Shown here one piece after another: positions 21,792 to 35,300 of a stretch of DNA of 64,000 bases. The position numbers were made by a program, and so were the translations under genes. The first letter of the stretch is position 1. Each line of letters begins with the position of its first letter. The notes under the pieces were generated by a model, which saw nothing but the letters and a program-made list of their open reading frames with translations, was not told the origin of the DNA and did no database searches. The stretch is from positions 2,976,001-3,040,000 of the forward strand of contig CAUVXB020000002.1 in assembly GCA_963555825.3 (NCBI GenBank). The letters run 5' to 3'. The DNA comes from Alphaproteobacteria bacterium. GTDB taxonomy: Bacteria; Pseudomonadota; Alphaproteobacteria; JAAXGF01.

Positions 21792-22637
21792 ATGAAGCTC
21801 GTTCGCTATGGCCCGGCGGGCGCCGAGAAGCCCGGCCTCATCGACGACAACGGTGGCTTGCGCGACCTCTCGGCCCATGTCGCCGACATCGGCGGCGCGG
21901 CGCTCGCGCCGGCCGAACTGGCGCGCCTCGGCGCGCTCGACGCCGCCGCGCTGCCGGCCGTCGACGGCGAGCCGCGCCTCGGCCCGCCGGTCGCCGGCGT
22001 CGGCAAGATCGTCGCCGTCGGGCTCAACTACGCCGACCACGCCGCCGAGACCGGCGCCACGATCCCGACCGAGCCGATCCTGTTCTCGATCGCCATCAGT
22101 GCGCTGAACGGCCCCCACGACCCGATCGTCATGCCGTTGACCGGCGAGAAGGTCGACTGGGAGGCCGAACTCGCCTTCGTCATCGGCACGACCGCGAAGA
22201 ACGTGGCCGAGGCCGATGCGCTCGATCATGTCGCCGGCTACTGCGTCGGCAACGACGTCTCGGAACGCGAATTCCAGAAGAACCGGGGTGGCGACTGGAT
22301 GAAGGGCAAGAGCGCCGATAGCTTCTTTCCGCTCGGGCCCTGGCTGGTCACCCGCGACGCCGTGCCCGAGCCGGAGAATCTGCGCATCTGGCTCGATGTG
22401 AACGGCGAGCACATGCAGGACAGCTCGACCAATCAGATGATCTTCGGCGTCGCCCATCTGGTCAGCTATGTCAGCGAGTTCATGTCGCTGCAACCGGGCG
22501 ACGTCATCACCACGGGCACGCCGCCCGGCGTCGGCGCCGGGCGTAAACCGCCGCGATACCTCGCGCCGGGCGACATCGTCGAGCTCGGCATCGAGGGACT
22601 CGGCGCGCAGCGCCAGGAGGTCGTCGCGCCTCGTTAG
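21792..22637 (+). CDS. Fumarylacetoacetate hydrolase family protein
   Basis: GLNYADH, DWEAEL, NDVSER, KGKS, PLGPWLVT, PGDVITTGTPPGVG. Confidence 0.93.
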   Translation: MKLVRYGPAGAEKPGLIDDNGGLRDLSAHVADIGGAALAPAELARLGALDAAALPAVDGEPRLGPPVAGVGKIVAVGLNYADHAAETGATIPTEPILFSIAISALNGPHDPIVMPLTGEKVDWEAELAFVIGTTAKNVAEADALDHVAGYCVGNDVSEREFQKNRGGDWMKGKSADSFFPLGPWLVTRDAVPEPENLRIWLDVNGEHMQDSSTNQMIFGVAHLVSYVSEFMSLQPGDVITTGTPPGVGAGRKPPRYLAPGDIVELGIEGLGAQRQEVVAPR

Positions 22638-22765
22638 GGATCTGTGAATATCCGGAAATTCGCGATTTCGCGCATGGCTGCCATGCACCGTGGCACGATT
22701 GTCGCCGGCGCCGGGACGCAGGATGATAGCGCCCCGCCACCGTTCATCGAGCTTCGGGACGCCGC

Positions 22766-23986
22766 ATGAGTTCAGTTACCGAGCGTGTCGCATGGCGCAC
22801 GCCGCTTGTCGTGCTGCTCTGCGGCACCATCGTGCTGCTGCTGTCCTACGGCATCCGCACCAGCTTCGGCATCTATCTGCAGCCGATGAGCGCCGACCTC
22901 GGCTGGGGGCGCGAGGTCTTCGCGCTGGCCATCGCGGTGCAGAACCTGGTGTGGGGCGCCGCGCAGCCGATCGCCGGCGCGATCGCCGACCGCTATGGCG
23001 CGGGACGCGTAGTCGCCGTCAGCGGCGCGGTCTATGTCGTCGGCCTCTATCTCGCGTCGCAGGTGACGACGCCGTCCGAGTTCACCTTCAGCGCCGGCGT
23101 CCTGATCGGCATTGGGCTCTCAGGCACCGCTTTCCCGGTGGTCATGGCGGTCGTCGCGCGCAGCGTCTCCGAGAAGCGGCGCAGCCTGTACCTCGGCCTC
23201 GGCGCCGCCGGCGGCTCGTCGGGGCAGGTCCTGGTCATCCCGCTCGGCGGCATCTTCCTCGATGGCTACGGCTGGTCGATCGCGTTGCTGATGATGGCCG
23301 CGATGGCCATTACCATGGTGCCGCTCGCCGCGGCGCTCGCCGGGCGCGCCGACCCCGCCGCCAATGCTGAGAAGCCGCAGGGTTTCGGCGACGCATTGCG
23401 CGAGGCCGCGTCGCACCGCGGCTATCTGTATCTCAACGCCGGCTTCTTCGTCTGCGGCTTTCACGTCATCTTCATCGCGACCCATCTGCCGGCGTTCATC
23501 ATCGACGCGGGCGGCGGCACGGCGCTCGGCGCCACCGCGCTGGTGCTGATCGGTGTCGGCAATATCGTCGGCTCGTATCTGTCGGGCGTGCTCGGCGGTC
23601 ATTTCTCCAAGAAGTACCTCTTGAGCGGGCTCTACTTCGCCCGCTCGGTGGTCATCGCCATCTTCATACTGACGCCGGTGACCGACGTCACCATCATGAC
23701 CTTTTCGTTCTCGATCGGCGTCCTGTGGCTCAGTACCGTGCCGCTGACCAGCGGCCTGGTGGCGCAGATCTTCGGCGTGCGCTACATGGCGACGCTGTTC
23801 GGCGTCGTCTTCTTCACCCACCAGATCGGCAGCTTCCTGGGCGCCTGGCTCGGCGGCTACGTCTATGACAGGACGGGCTCCTACGACATCGTCTGGTGGG
23901 TCGCCGTCGCGCTCGGCGTGGCCGCCGCGCTGTTGCACTGGCCGATCAACGAGCGCCCGGTGGCCCGCCTCGCGACCGCCGACTGA
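22766..23986 (+). CDS. MFS transporter
   Basis: ~12 hydrophobic helices; GAIADRYG motif A; GFFVCGFH. Confidence 0.9.
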   Translation: MSSVTERVAWRTPLVVLLCGTIVLLLSYGIRTSFGIYLQPMSADLGWGREVFALAIAVQNLVWGAAQPIAGAIADRYGAGRVVAVSGAVYVVGLYLASQVTTPSEFTFSAGVLIGIGLSGTAFPVVMAVVARSVSEKRRSLYLGLGAAGGSSGQVLVIPLGGIFLDGYGWSIALLMMAAMAITMVPLAAALAGRADPAANAEKPQGFGDALREAASHRGYLYLNAGFFVCGFHVIFIATHLPAFIIDAGGGTALGATALVLIGVGNIVGSYLSGVLGGHFSKKYLLSGLYFARSVVIAIFILTPVTDVTIMTFSFSIGVLWLSTVPLTSGLVAQIFGVRYMATLFGVVFFTHQIGSFLGAWLGGYVYDRTGSYDIVWWVAVALGVAAALLHWPINERPVARLATAD

Positions 23987-23996
23987 CGACGCCGCC

Positions 23997-25301
23997 TTAC
24001 GCGCGATCGCCGAGCACCAGTCGCGCCGCGGCGTGGCCCGAGCGCACTGCGCTCTCGATGGTCGCTGGCAGGCCTGTGTCGATCCAGTCGCCGGCGAGCC
24101 ACAGATTGGCATAGCGCGTATGCGCCGGTGGCCGGCGCGCGACCTCGTCGGGCGTCTGGGCGAAGGTCGCGCGCCGTTCCTTGACGACGCGATAGGCGGG
24201 CAGCGGCGCGTCGGGTGTACCGATGGCGCGCGCGACGTCGGCCCAGAGCAGCTCGGCGAGGTCGCCGGCAGGCGTATCCAGCATGGCGTCGGCGGCGCTC
24301 ACCGTCACGGCGGCGACGTCGCCGCGCAGGAAGATCCACTGGGCGTGGCCGCCGACCAGGCCGAGCAGCGGCGAGCCGTCGGGGAAGCGGACCGGCGCGG
24401 CGAGACGGTAATGCGCGTTGACGATGGCGCGGCTTTCGCGTGGCACCTCGATGTCGGGCAGCAGTTCGGCGACGCGCGCTGGCGGCACGGCAAGCACCAC
24501 GCCGTCGCCGTCGCCGAGGTCGACCGCCGTCTCGCCGAAGTCGAGGCGATGGACCCGCGCCGCGTCGGTCTCGAGCCGCCGGAGCCGCCGGCCGAAGCCG
24601 GGCGGCGCGCCCCGTTCGACGAGCCAGTCGACGGCCGGGTCGACCAGGCTGGCCGACAGGCTCTCGCGCGCGACAAAGGGCCGGCACGCCTCGCCGCCAC
24701 GGCCGAAAGTCAGCTCGACCACGGGCCACAAGAGCCGTGCGGCGGCTTCGTCGGTGGCGGCGTTGAGCACCGCGACCGCGATTGGCTCCCAGAAGCGCTC
24801 GAAGAAGGGGCGCGCCGTATCGAGCACGTCGGCCACCGTCTCGCGCGGTGTCGCGCGGGCGAGGCGGCGGGCGGCGAGATAATCGCCCAGGCCGCTGTCC
24901 GGCACGCGACGCGACGGCGCCAGGATCCACCATGGCAGGCGGCCCCGATTGGGGCGCAGCGACCAGCGCGCGCCGTTGCGCAAGTCGACGAAGGGAAACA
25001 CGACGTCGGGCGCCGAGCGCAGGCCGTCGCGCGCGCCGATGGCATCGAGATAGGCCATCGTCGCGTCGTTGCTGCCGAGCATCAGGTGGTTGCCGTTGTC
25101 GATGCTGCAGCCGAGCGCGGCATCGAAGAACGAGCGGCAGCGGCCGCCGGCGTGGCCCGCCGCCTCATGCAGCGCGACACGGCGGCCGGCGCCGACCAGG
25201 CGGACGGCGCAGGCGAGACCCGCCAGACCGGCGCCGACGACGTGGGTCGTCGCGCCGTTCGGCAGCGTGGCCGGCGGCGAATGTTCGGCGGACGCGGTCA
25301 T
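23997..25301 (-). CDS. hpnE: Hydroxysqualene dehydroxylase HpnE-like FAD oxidoreductase
   Basis: VVGAGLAGL, GGRCRSF.D, IDNGNHLMLG, KERRATF, LAGDW..TGLPATIESAVRSG. Confidence 0.85.
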   Translation of the reverse strand: MTASAEHSPPATLPNGATTHVVGAGLAGLACAVRLVGAGRRVALHEAAGHAGGRCRSFFDAALGCSIDNGNHLMLGSNDATMAYLDAIGARDGLRSAPDVVFPFVDLRNGARWSLRPNRGRLPWWILAPSRRVPDSGLGDYLAARRLARATPRETVADVLDTARPFFERFWEPIAVAVLNAATDEAAARLLWPVVELTFGRGGEACRPFVARESLSASLVDPAVDWLVERGAPPGFGRRLRRLETDAARVHRLDFGETAVDLGDGDGVVLAVPPARVAELLPDIEVPRESRAIVNAHYRLAAPVRFPDGSPLLGLVGGHAQWIFLRGDVAAVTVSAADAMLDTPAGDLAELLWADVARAIGTPDAPLPAYRVVKERRATFAQTPDEVARRPPAHTRYANLWLAGDWIDTGLPATIESAVRSGHAAARLVLGDRA

Positions 25302-25493
25302 GGCAAGGCTGCTCGGTCAGCTGTGACGCTGGGCGGTGATCGGGACCGGCATGGTATCGCCGTTCGCACCGCCAACGCAATTTCACCGGTCGCGGACCCG
25401 ACCGGTGACGCGTTGACAGGCCGTGATGCCGGACGCCACTATGCGGCTCGGACCGCACCGCGAGACGGCGCGACGGCAGGGGAGGCGTCAGCC

Positions 25494-26381
25494 ATGGAAT
25501 ACTACGGCGTTCACGTCGCGTTGAGCACACCGTTCAACGCCGACGGCTCGGCGGTCGATCACGCGAAGCTCGCGGCCTTGGTCAAGGACCAGATCGACAA
25601 CGGCATTCACGGGCTCATCCCGGGCGGCTCGACCGGCGAGTTCGCGGCGCTGTCGGTCAGGGAGCGCAAGGCGGTTACCAAGACCGTCGTCAAGGCGGCC
25701 AAGGGTTGGGTGCCGGTGACCGTCGGCGTCGGCGCGATGACGACGGTCGAGGCGGTCGAATTGGCGAGCCACGCCAAGAGCGCCGGCGCCGACGCGGTGC
25801 TGCTGCTCGGGCCCTATTACGAGGAGCCCAGCGAGACCGAGTTCCAGAGCCATGTCGCGGCCGTCGCGGACGCCGGCCTGCCGGTGCTGCTCTACAACAA
25901 CCCGGCGGGCACCGGCTACAGCCTGGCGCCACGCTTCGTCCAGCGGCTGTCGCGCATGAAGGGCGTCATCGCGATCAAGGACACCACCTACGACGCCGCG
26001 CACACCGAGGAGATCCGTGAGCTGTGCGGGCGACGGCTGCAGGTGCTGAGCGGCCAGGACACACTCCAGCTGGCCGCCTTCGCGGGCGGGGCGCGGGCCG
26101 CGGTGTGGGGCGCGCCGAACGCCATCCCGGCGGCCTGCGCCGAGCTGTTCCGCTGCGTCGTCGAACGCCGCGACATCGCCGCCGGCCGCCGGCTGTGGCG
26201 CAAGCTCTATCCGGTCAACCGTTTCTTCGAGACCGAGGGCTATGTCGCTGCGGTCAAGGCCGGCGCCGCGCTGCGCGGCATCGACCTGGGACCGCCGCGG
26301 CTGCCGATCAAGCCGCTCGGCGCCAAACCGAACGGACGGCTCCGCAAGCTGATGACGGTGCTGGGCGAAATCGGCTCATAA
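25494..26381 (+). CDS. Dihydrodipicolinate synthase family aldolase
   Basis: TPF, GSTGEF, PYY, LYNNP..TG, Schiff-base IKD; GGAGG RBS; real start inside the 838-aa ORF call. Confidence 0.88.
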   Translation: MEYYGVHVALSTPFNADGSAVDHAKLAALVKDQIDNGIHGLIPGGSTGEFAALSVRERKAVTKTVVKAAKGWVPVTVGVGAMTTVEAVELASHAKSAGADAVLLLGPYYEEPSETEFQSHVAAVADAGLPVLLYNNPAGTGYSLAPRFVQRLSRMKGVIAIKDTTYDAAHTEEIRELCGRRLQVLSGQDTLQLAAFAGGARAAVWGAPNAIPAACAELFRCVVERRDIAAGRRLWRKLYPVNRFFETEGYVAAVKAGAALRGIDLGPPRLPIKPLGAKPNGRLRKLMTVLGEIGS

Positions 26382-26572
26382 CGCCGCCATGACGACCGGG
26401 CGCCGACGCGGCAGGTCGTAACCGCTGGACTCCGATGTGGTTGTCCAGCAGTATTGATCGATAGAGCTTCGCGAGGCCCTGTGTCGCAGGGCTTGCCTAT
26501 ATCAACGATGGCGAACGAACCATCGCGCCCTAGTATAAGCGAAGCCGTGAATGCAGACGGGGAGTGGCGCCG

Positions 26573-27586
26573 ATGACAGTCTTCATCGCCAAACGCCTGG
26601 GGTTCATGATCGTGACCATGGTGGCCGCGTCGTTCATCGTGTTCTTCGTCATGGAATTCTCGCCGGGCAACGTCGCCAGCAAGACGCTAGGGCCCTACGC
26701 GAGCCAGGAATCCAAGGACCTTCTTTTCGAGAAATTGCAACTCGACGATACATTGCCGGTTCGCTATGGCCGATGGATTAGCGTGTTGACCGGTATCATC
26801 GAGGACCCGTTGGCGGATCCGGAGCTTAAGCTCGGCTTCGACGACTCGCGTGGCCACCAATACTTCGGCAATTTCGGTTATTCGTCGTTGTACAAGGAGC
26901 CGGTCAACGACATTATTTGGGGTAAGCTGTACAATACGGCGATACTCGCGGGCGTAGCCTTCGCCATCATCCTGCCGGTGTCGATGATCTTCGGGGTGCT
27001 GTCGGGCATGCGCGAAGGCAGCCTGCTCGACCGCGGGCTCTCGCTTACCGGCATCACGCTGACATCGATACCCGAATTCGCTTCCGCGGTGTTCCTGATG
27101 GTGATCTTCGTCGTCAAGTTGGAGCTCCTGCCAGGGACGAGCACGCTCGAGGTGACGCCCGAATGGGGCCTCGCGTCGCAGTTCGTGCTGCCGGTGACGG
27201 TTTTGGTGCTCTACGACTTCGGCTACGTCGCGCGCATGGTGCGCGGCTCGATGGTCGAGGTGATGACCAAACACTACATACGCACCGCGATCCTCAAGGG
27301 CCTGCCCTATCGCACGGTGATCATGCGCCACGCGCTGCGCAACGCGATGATCGCGCCGTTCACCGTCATCCTGCTGCAGATCAACTGGTTGATCACCGGC
27401 GTCGTCGTGACCGAGGTGGTCTTCGCCTATCCCGGCTTTGGCCGCATGCTGCTCGAGGCGGCGCTGTTCGGCGACATCGCGCTGATCGAGGCGGCCACGG
27501 TCGTCGCCCTGGTCGTCGCCGTGACGACGCAGTTGATCGGCGACATCGGCTACATGTTCCTCAATCCGCGAATCAGGTTCACATAG
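26573..27586 (+). CDS. Peptide/nickel-type ABC transporter permease (DppB-like)
   Basis: SIPEF, YIRTAILKGL...HALRNA, EVVFAYPGFG, LNPRIR. Confidence 0.93.
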   Translation: MTVFIAKRLGFMIVTMVAASFIVFFVMEFSPGNVASKTLGPYASQESKDLLFEKLQLDDTLPVRYGRWISVLTGIIEDPLADPELKLGFDDSRGHQYFGNFGYSSLYKEPVNDIIWGKLYNTAILAGVAFAIILPVSMIFGVLSGMREGSLLDRGLSLTGITLTSIPEFASAVFLMVIFVVKLELLPGTSTLEVTPEWGLASQFVLPVTVLVLYDFGYVARMVRGSMVEVMTKHYIRTAILKGLPYRTVIMRHALRNAMIAPFTVILLQINWLITGVVVTEVVFAYPGFGRMLLEAALFGDIALIEAATVVALVVAVTTQLIGDIGYMFLNPRIRFT

Positions 27587-27595
27587 GGGCGCGCC

Positions 27596-28576
27596 ATGGT
27601 CGATCAAACCACGAATGGAAAGCCGAACGCACCCGTCAGGCGAGACCCGAACGCGCCGCCCGAGGACATGGTCATCTGGGTCTTCGGCGGCCTCTACGAT
27701 TTCCTGAACCGGGTTCTCGAGCTCCTCTACTTCCTGATCAAGGGCATCGCGAGCTGGCTCAAGATGATGCTCGAATCGCCCGTCGCGATCATTGGCATGG
27801 GCCTGGTTAGCTTCTGGGTGCTGGTCGCGGTACTCGCACCGTGGCTGACCGGCTACGATCCCAACGCAATGGACACCACCGCGCTGGCCGCGGCGCCTGG
27901 GTGGTTCGAGGGCGAGCATTGGCTCGGCACCGACCGCCTTGGGCGCGATTTATGGTCGCGCCTGATCTGGGGCGGGCGGACAGTGCTGATCGTGGCGCCG
28001 ATCGCCGTCGCGGCGGCCTATTTCGTCGGCTGCCTGATGGGCATGTCGGCCGGCTACCTCGGCGGTTGGGTCGATACGGTGGTCAGCCGAATTTCCGACA
28101 TCATCCTGTCGTTCCCGGTGCTGATCCTCTACATCATCCTGATCTCGACGTACGGGGCGTCGGCGCTCAACATCGTACTGGCCGTGACACTTTCCTCCTC
28201 GCCCGGCATCGGCCGTATCGTGCGCGGCTTGGTGCTCGACCTGCGCAGCCTCGAATACGTCGACGCCGCGAAGATCAGAGGCGAGCGACCGCTCTACATC
28301 ATGGTCGTCGAGCTGCTGCCCAACGCGCGCGGGCCGCTGATCGTCGACGCTTGCGTGCGCATGGGCTACACGATCATCACGATCGGCGTTCTCGGCTTCC
28401 TCGGCCTCGGCCTGCCGCCGCCGGACCCGGACTGGGGCGGCATGGTCAAGGACGCCACCGCGCGGATCGTGACGGAGCCGCACATGTCGATCCTGCCCTG
28501 CATGGCGATCTCGTCGCTGGTCATCGGCTTCAATCTGTTGGCCGACGGGCTGCGCGAAATTTCGATGCGCGACTGA
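27596..28576 (+). CDS. Peptide-type ABC transporter permease (DppC-like)
   Basis: HWLGTDRLGRD, EYVDAAKIRGE, LGFLGLG.PPP.PDWG, FNLLADGLRE. Confidence 0.93.
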   Translation: MVDQTTNGKPNAPVRRDPNAPPEDMVIWVFGGLYDFLNRVLELLYFLIKGIASWLKMMLESPVAIIGMGLVSFWVLVAVLAPWLTGYDPNAMDTTALAAAPGWFEGEHWLGTDRLGRDLWSRLIWGGRTVLIVAPIAVAAAYFVGCLMGMSAGYLGGWVDTVVSRISDIILSFPVLILYIILISTYGASALNIVLAVTLSSSPGIGRIVRGLVLDLRSLEYVDAAKIRGERPLYIMVVELLPNARGPLIVDACVRMGYTIITIGVLGFLGLGLPPPDPDWGGMVKDATARIVTEPHMSILPCMAISSLVIGFNLLADGLREISMRD

Positions 28577-28603
28577 CGCGACGCCGCTGGGAGGCTAGCA
28601 ACC

Positions 28604-30691
<2,088 letters not shown>

Positions 30692-30793
30692 ACGGGCTTG
30701 CGTCCCGGGTTCCACTCGGGCATGTAACGGCGTTCGGCGCCCACGCGGTGCGGCCGCGTCGCCGGCAGATTTGCGGCAACCTCCGGGATGGCC

Positions 30794-32044
30794 ATGGCCA
30801 AGTATTCGATCTTGAGCCTGTTGCGCAACGCGCGCAGTTACCACGAGAACTGGTCGCGCGCCTGGCGCAGTCCGGAACCCAAAGACGCGTATGACGTCAT
30901 CATCATCGGCGGCGGCGGGCACGGGCTGGCGACCGCCTATTACCTGGCCAAGGAACACGGCATCACCAATGTCGCGGTGCTCGAGAAGGGCTGGCTGGGT
31001 GGCGGCAACACCGGGCGCAACACCACCATCGTGCGCTCGAACTACCTGTGGGACGAAAGCGCGGGCATCTACGAGAAGTCGCTCAAGCTGTGGGAGGGCC
31101 TGAGCCAGGACCTCAACTTCAACGTCATGTTCAGCCAGCGCGGCGTGATGAACCTGGCGCACAACCAGCACGACCTGCGCGACCTGTCGCGCCGGGTCAA
31201 CGCGATCCGCCTCAACGGCGTCGATTCCGAGATCCTGACGCCGGCCCAGATCAAGGCGCTCTGCCCGATGATCAACATCTCGCCGACGGCGCGCTATCCC
31301 GTGCTCGGCGCTTCGTTGCAACGGCGCGGCGGCACGGCGCGACACGACGCCGTTGCCTGGGGATTCGCGCGTGCCGCCGACGAGCGCGGCGTCGACATCA
31401 TCCAGAATTGCGAGGTCACCGGCATTCGCCGCCGGGGCGGCCGCGTGGTCGGCGTCGAGACGACGCGCGGCACTATCGCGGCGAACAAGATCGCCTCGGT
31501 CGCGGCCGGCCATTCGGGCGTCGTCGCGGCGATGGCGGGCTTGCGCCTGCCGCTCGAGAGCCACCCCTTGCAGGCGCTGGTTTCCGAACCGCTCAAGCCG
31601 ATCCTCGACACCGTCGTGATGTCGGGGGCGGTGCATGTCTACATCAGCCAGTCCGACAAGGGCGAGCTGGTCATGGGGGCGGGCATCGATTCGTTCAACT
31701 CCTATGCCCAGCGCGGCGCGCTGCGCACCATCGAGGAGATGATGGCGGCCTGCATCGAGCTGTTCCCCTTCGTCAGCCGGCTGCGCCTTATGCGCCAGTG
31801 GGCCGGCATCGTCGACACCTGCCCCGACGCCAGCCCGATCGTCGGCAAGACGCCGATCGAGGGCTTCTACATCAACTGCGGCTGGGGCACCGGCGGCTTC
31901 AAGGCGACGCCCGGCTCGGGCTGGTGCTTCGCCCACACCATCGCGCACGACCAGCCGCACAGCCTGAACCGGCCGTTCACCCTGGAGCGCTTCTCCTCGG
32001 GCGACCTGATCGACGAGCACGGCGCCGCCGGCGTCGCCCACTAG
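30794..32044 (+). CDS. soxB: Sarcosine oxidase beta subunit
   Basis: [56 protein letters not shown]. Confidence 0.97.
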   Translation: MAKYSILSLLRNARSYHENWSRAWRSPEPKDAYDVIIIGGGGHGLATAYYLAKEHGITNVAVLEKGWLGGGNTGRNTTIVRSNYLWDESAGIYEKSLKLWEGLSQDLNFNVMFSQRGVMNLAHNQHDLRDLSRRVNAIRLNGVDSEILTPAQIKALCPMINISPTARYPVLGASLQRRGGTARHDAVAWGFARAADERGVDIIQNCEVTGIRRRGGRVVGVETTRGTIAANKIASVAAGHSGVVAAMAGLRLPLESHPLQALVSEPLKPILDTVVMSGAVHVYISQSDKGELVMGAGIDSFNSYAQRGALRTIEEMMAACIELFPFVSRLRLMRQWAGIVDTCPDASPIVGKTPIEGFYINCGWGTGGFKATPGSGWCFAHTIAHDQPHSLNRPFTLERFSSGDLIDEHGAAGVAH

Positions 32045-32057
32045 GAGCCTTGGCGCG

Positions 32058-32339
32058 ATGTTCCTGATCGACTGTCCCTGGTGCGGGCCGCGCGACGAGA
32101 GCGAGTTCTCCTACGGCGGCGAGGCGCATATCGAGCGGCCGAAGACGCCCGCGAAGCTGACCGACGACGAATGGGCCGACTATCTGTTCCGGCGCACCAA
32201 TCCCAAGGGGCCGCACCGCGAGCGCTGGATGCACGCATCGGGCTGCCGGCGCTGGTTCAATGTCGTGCGCGACACCTATAGCCACGAGATCAGCGCGGTC
32301 TACAAGATGGGTGCGATGCCGCCCGACGCCGAGACATGA
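32058..32339 (+). CDS. soxD: Sarcosine oxidase delta subunit
   Basis: CPWCGPR.E.EF..GGEAH, W.H..GCRRWF...RDT. Confidence 0.96.
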   Translation: MFLIDCPWCGPRDESEFSYGGEAHIERPKTPAKLTDDEWADYLFRRTNPKGPHRERWMHASGCRRWFNVVRDTYSHEISAVYKMGAMPPDAET

Positions 32340-35300
32340 GCGCGCAGAACCAGCGCCTCGCCGAGGGCGGCTGGATCGACCGCGACCAGCGGCTCGGCTT
32401 CACGTTCAACGACGTGCGCTACACCGGCTACGCCGGCGATACGCTGGCCTCGGCACTGCTCGCCAACGGTGTCGTGCTGGTCGGCCGCAGCTTCAAATAC
32501 CACCGGCCGCGCGGCATCCTGAGCGCCGGCGCCGAGGAGCCCAACGCGCTGGTCCAGCTCGGCAAGGGCGCGCGTACCGAACCCAACCTGCGCGCCACCC
32601 AGGTCGAGCTCTACGACGGCCTGGTCGCCGAAAGCATCAACTGCTGGCCGAGCGTCGAGTACGACATCGGCGCGATCAACAACCGGATATCGCGCGTTCT
32701 GCCGTCGGGCTTCTATTACAAGACCTTCATGTGGCCGCGGAACCTGTGGATGACGTACGAGCACTTCATCCGCCGCGCCGCCGGCCTGGGAAAGGCGCCG
32801 CGGGCGGCCGATCCCGACCGCTACGACAAGCGCCACGCCCATTGCGACGTGCTGGTCGCCGGCGGCGGACCGGCCGGCCTCGCCGCGGCGCTCGCCGGCG
32901 GCCGCACCGGCGCGCGCGTCATCGTAGCCGACGACCAGCAGGAATTTGGCGGCGCGCTCTTGAACACGCGCGCCGAGATCGGGGGCAAGCCGGCCATCGA
33001 GTGGGTCGCCGCGGCGCTCGACGAGCTCGCGGCCATGGACGAGGTGACGCTGCTGCCGCGCGCCACCGTGTTCGGCTATTACGACCACAACTACCTGGGT
33101 ATCGCCGAGCGGGTCACCGACCATCTCGGCCCCGACGCGGCGCCGCCCGGCATACCACGCCAGCGGCTGTGGCGCGTGCGCGCGCGCCAGGTGGTGCTGT
33201 GCGCCGGGTCGCACGAGCGGCCGCTGGTGTTCGCCGACAACGACCGGCCCGGCGTCATGCTGGCCGGCGCGGCGCAGGCCTACGTCAACCGCTACGCGGT
33301 CAAGCCGGGCGGCCGGGCGGTCGTCTTCACCAACAACGACAGCGCCTATCAGGCGGCGCTCGACCTGATCGACGGCCGGATGCGCGTCGCCGCGGTGGTC
33401 GACGTCCGCCCGGAGCCCGCCGGGCCGCTGGTCGAGGCGGTGCGTGCCCAAGGCGTCAAAATCGTCGCCGGCCACGCCATCACCGCGACCCACGGCGCCA
33501 AGCGCGTCACCGCGGTCGAAGTCACGCGGCTCAACGAGGCGGGCGATGAGGTGGCCGGCCCGTCGCGACGCATCGGCTGCGATCTGGTGTGCATGTCGGG
33601 TGGCTGGAACCCGGTGATCCACCTGTTCTCGCAGTCGCGCGGCCGGCCCGCCTTCGACGCCGAGAAGGCCTGCTTCGTGCCTGGCCAATCGGTCCAGGCG
33701 GAACGCTCGGCGGGCGCCTGCAACGGCGCCTTCGCGTTGGCCGACTGCCTCGCCGAGGGCTTCAAGGCCGGTCTGGCGGCGGCTGGCGACGCCGGTCGGA
33801 AGAAGGGCAGGGCGCGCAAGCTGCCCGCCGCGCCAGAGCCCGAAAGCGAGCCGTTGCGGCCGCTGTGGCGCGTGCCCGCGGCGCGCGGCGTCAAGCAATT
33901 CGTCGACTTCCAGAACGACGTCACCGCGGCCGACCTCGCGCTCGCCGCGCGCGAGGGCTACGAATCGGTCGAGCATCTCAAGCGCTACACGACGACCGGC
34001 ATGGGCACCGACCAGGGCAAGACGAGCAACGTCAACGCGATCGCCATCCTGGCGCAGATCGCCGAAGCGGAGATCCCCGACATCGGCGTCACCACCTTCC
34101 GCCCGCCCTATACGCCGGTCGGCTACGGCACGCTCGCCGGCCGCGCGGTCGGGCCGCTGTGGGAGCCGGCGCGCCTGACGCCGATGCACTTGCGGCACGC
34201 CGACACCGGCGCCGTGTTCGAGGACGTCGGCCAGTGGAAACGCGCCTGGTACTACCCCAGCGACGGCGAGACGATGCACGACGCGGTCAACCGCGAATGC
34301 CTCGCCGTGCGCACCAGCCTGGGCGTCTTCGACGCGACGACGCTGGGTAAGATCGACATCCAGGGGCCCGACGCGCTCGAATTGCTCAACCGGGTCTACA
34401 CCAACGCCTGGGACACGCTGGCGGTCGGCCGGGCGCGCTATGGCCTGATGCTCGGCGAGGACGGCATGGTGATGGACGACGGCGTCACCGCGCGCGTCGG
34501 CGAGAACCACTACCATATGACGACGACGACGGGCGGCGCGCCGCGCGTGATGGCCTGGATGGAGGAGTGGCTGCAGACCGAGTGGCCCAAACTCAAGGTC
34601 TACCTCACCTCGGTGACGACGCAATGGGCCGTCGTCGCCATCGTGGGACCCAATTCGCGCCGCTTACTTGGCGAGCTGTGCGACGACATCGATCTCGCGA
34701 CCGAGGCGTTCCCCTTCATGGCGTGGCGCGACGGCACGGTCGCTGGCCTGCCCGCGCGTGTCTACCGGGTCAGCTTCTCGGGCGAGATCGCTTACGAGAT
34801 CAACGTGCCGGCGAGTTATGGCACGGCGCTGTGGCGCGCGCTGATGACCGCCGGCGCGAAATACCAGATCACGCCCTACGGCACCGAGGCGATGCACGTG
34901 CTGCGCGGCGAGAAGGGCTTCATCGTCGTCGGTCACGACACCGACGGCACGCTCACGCCGTTCGACCTCGGCATGGGCTGGATCGTCAGCAAGAAGAAAA
35001 AGGACTTCCTCGGCAAGCGCTCGCTGACGCGCTCAGACTGCCTGCGCGAGGACCGCAAGCAGCTCGTCGGGCTGCTGACCGAGGACCCGGGCGAGGTCGT
35101 GCCCGAGGGCTCGCAGATCGTCGCCGAGGTGCGCGCCAAGCCCCCCATGCCGATGGAGGGCCACGTCACCTCGAGCTATTGGAGCCCGATCCTCGGTCGC
35201 TCGATCGCCATGGCGGTGCTCAAGGGCGGCCACGGCCGGCACGGCGAGACGGTGACCATCTCGCTCGCCAACAAGAACGTCCGCGCCGTGGTCGGCAAGC

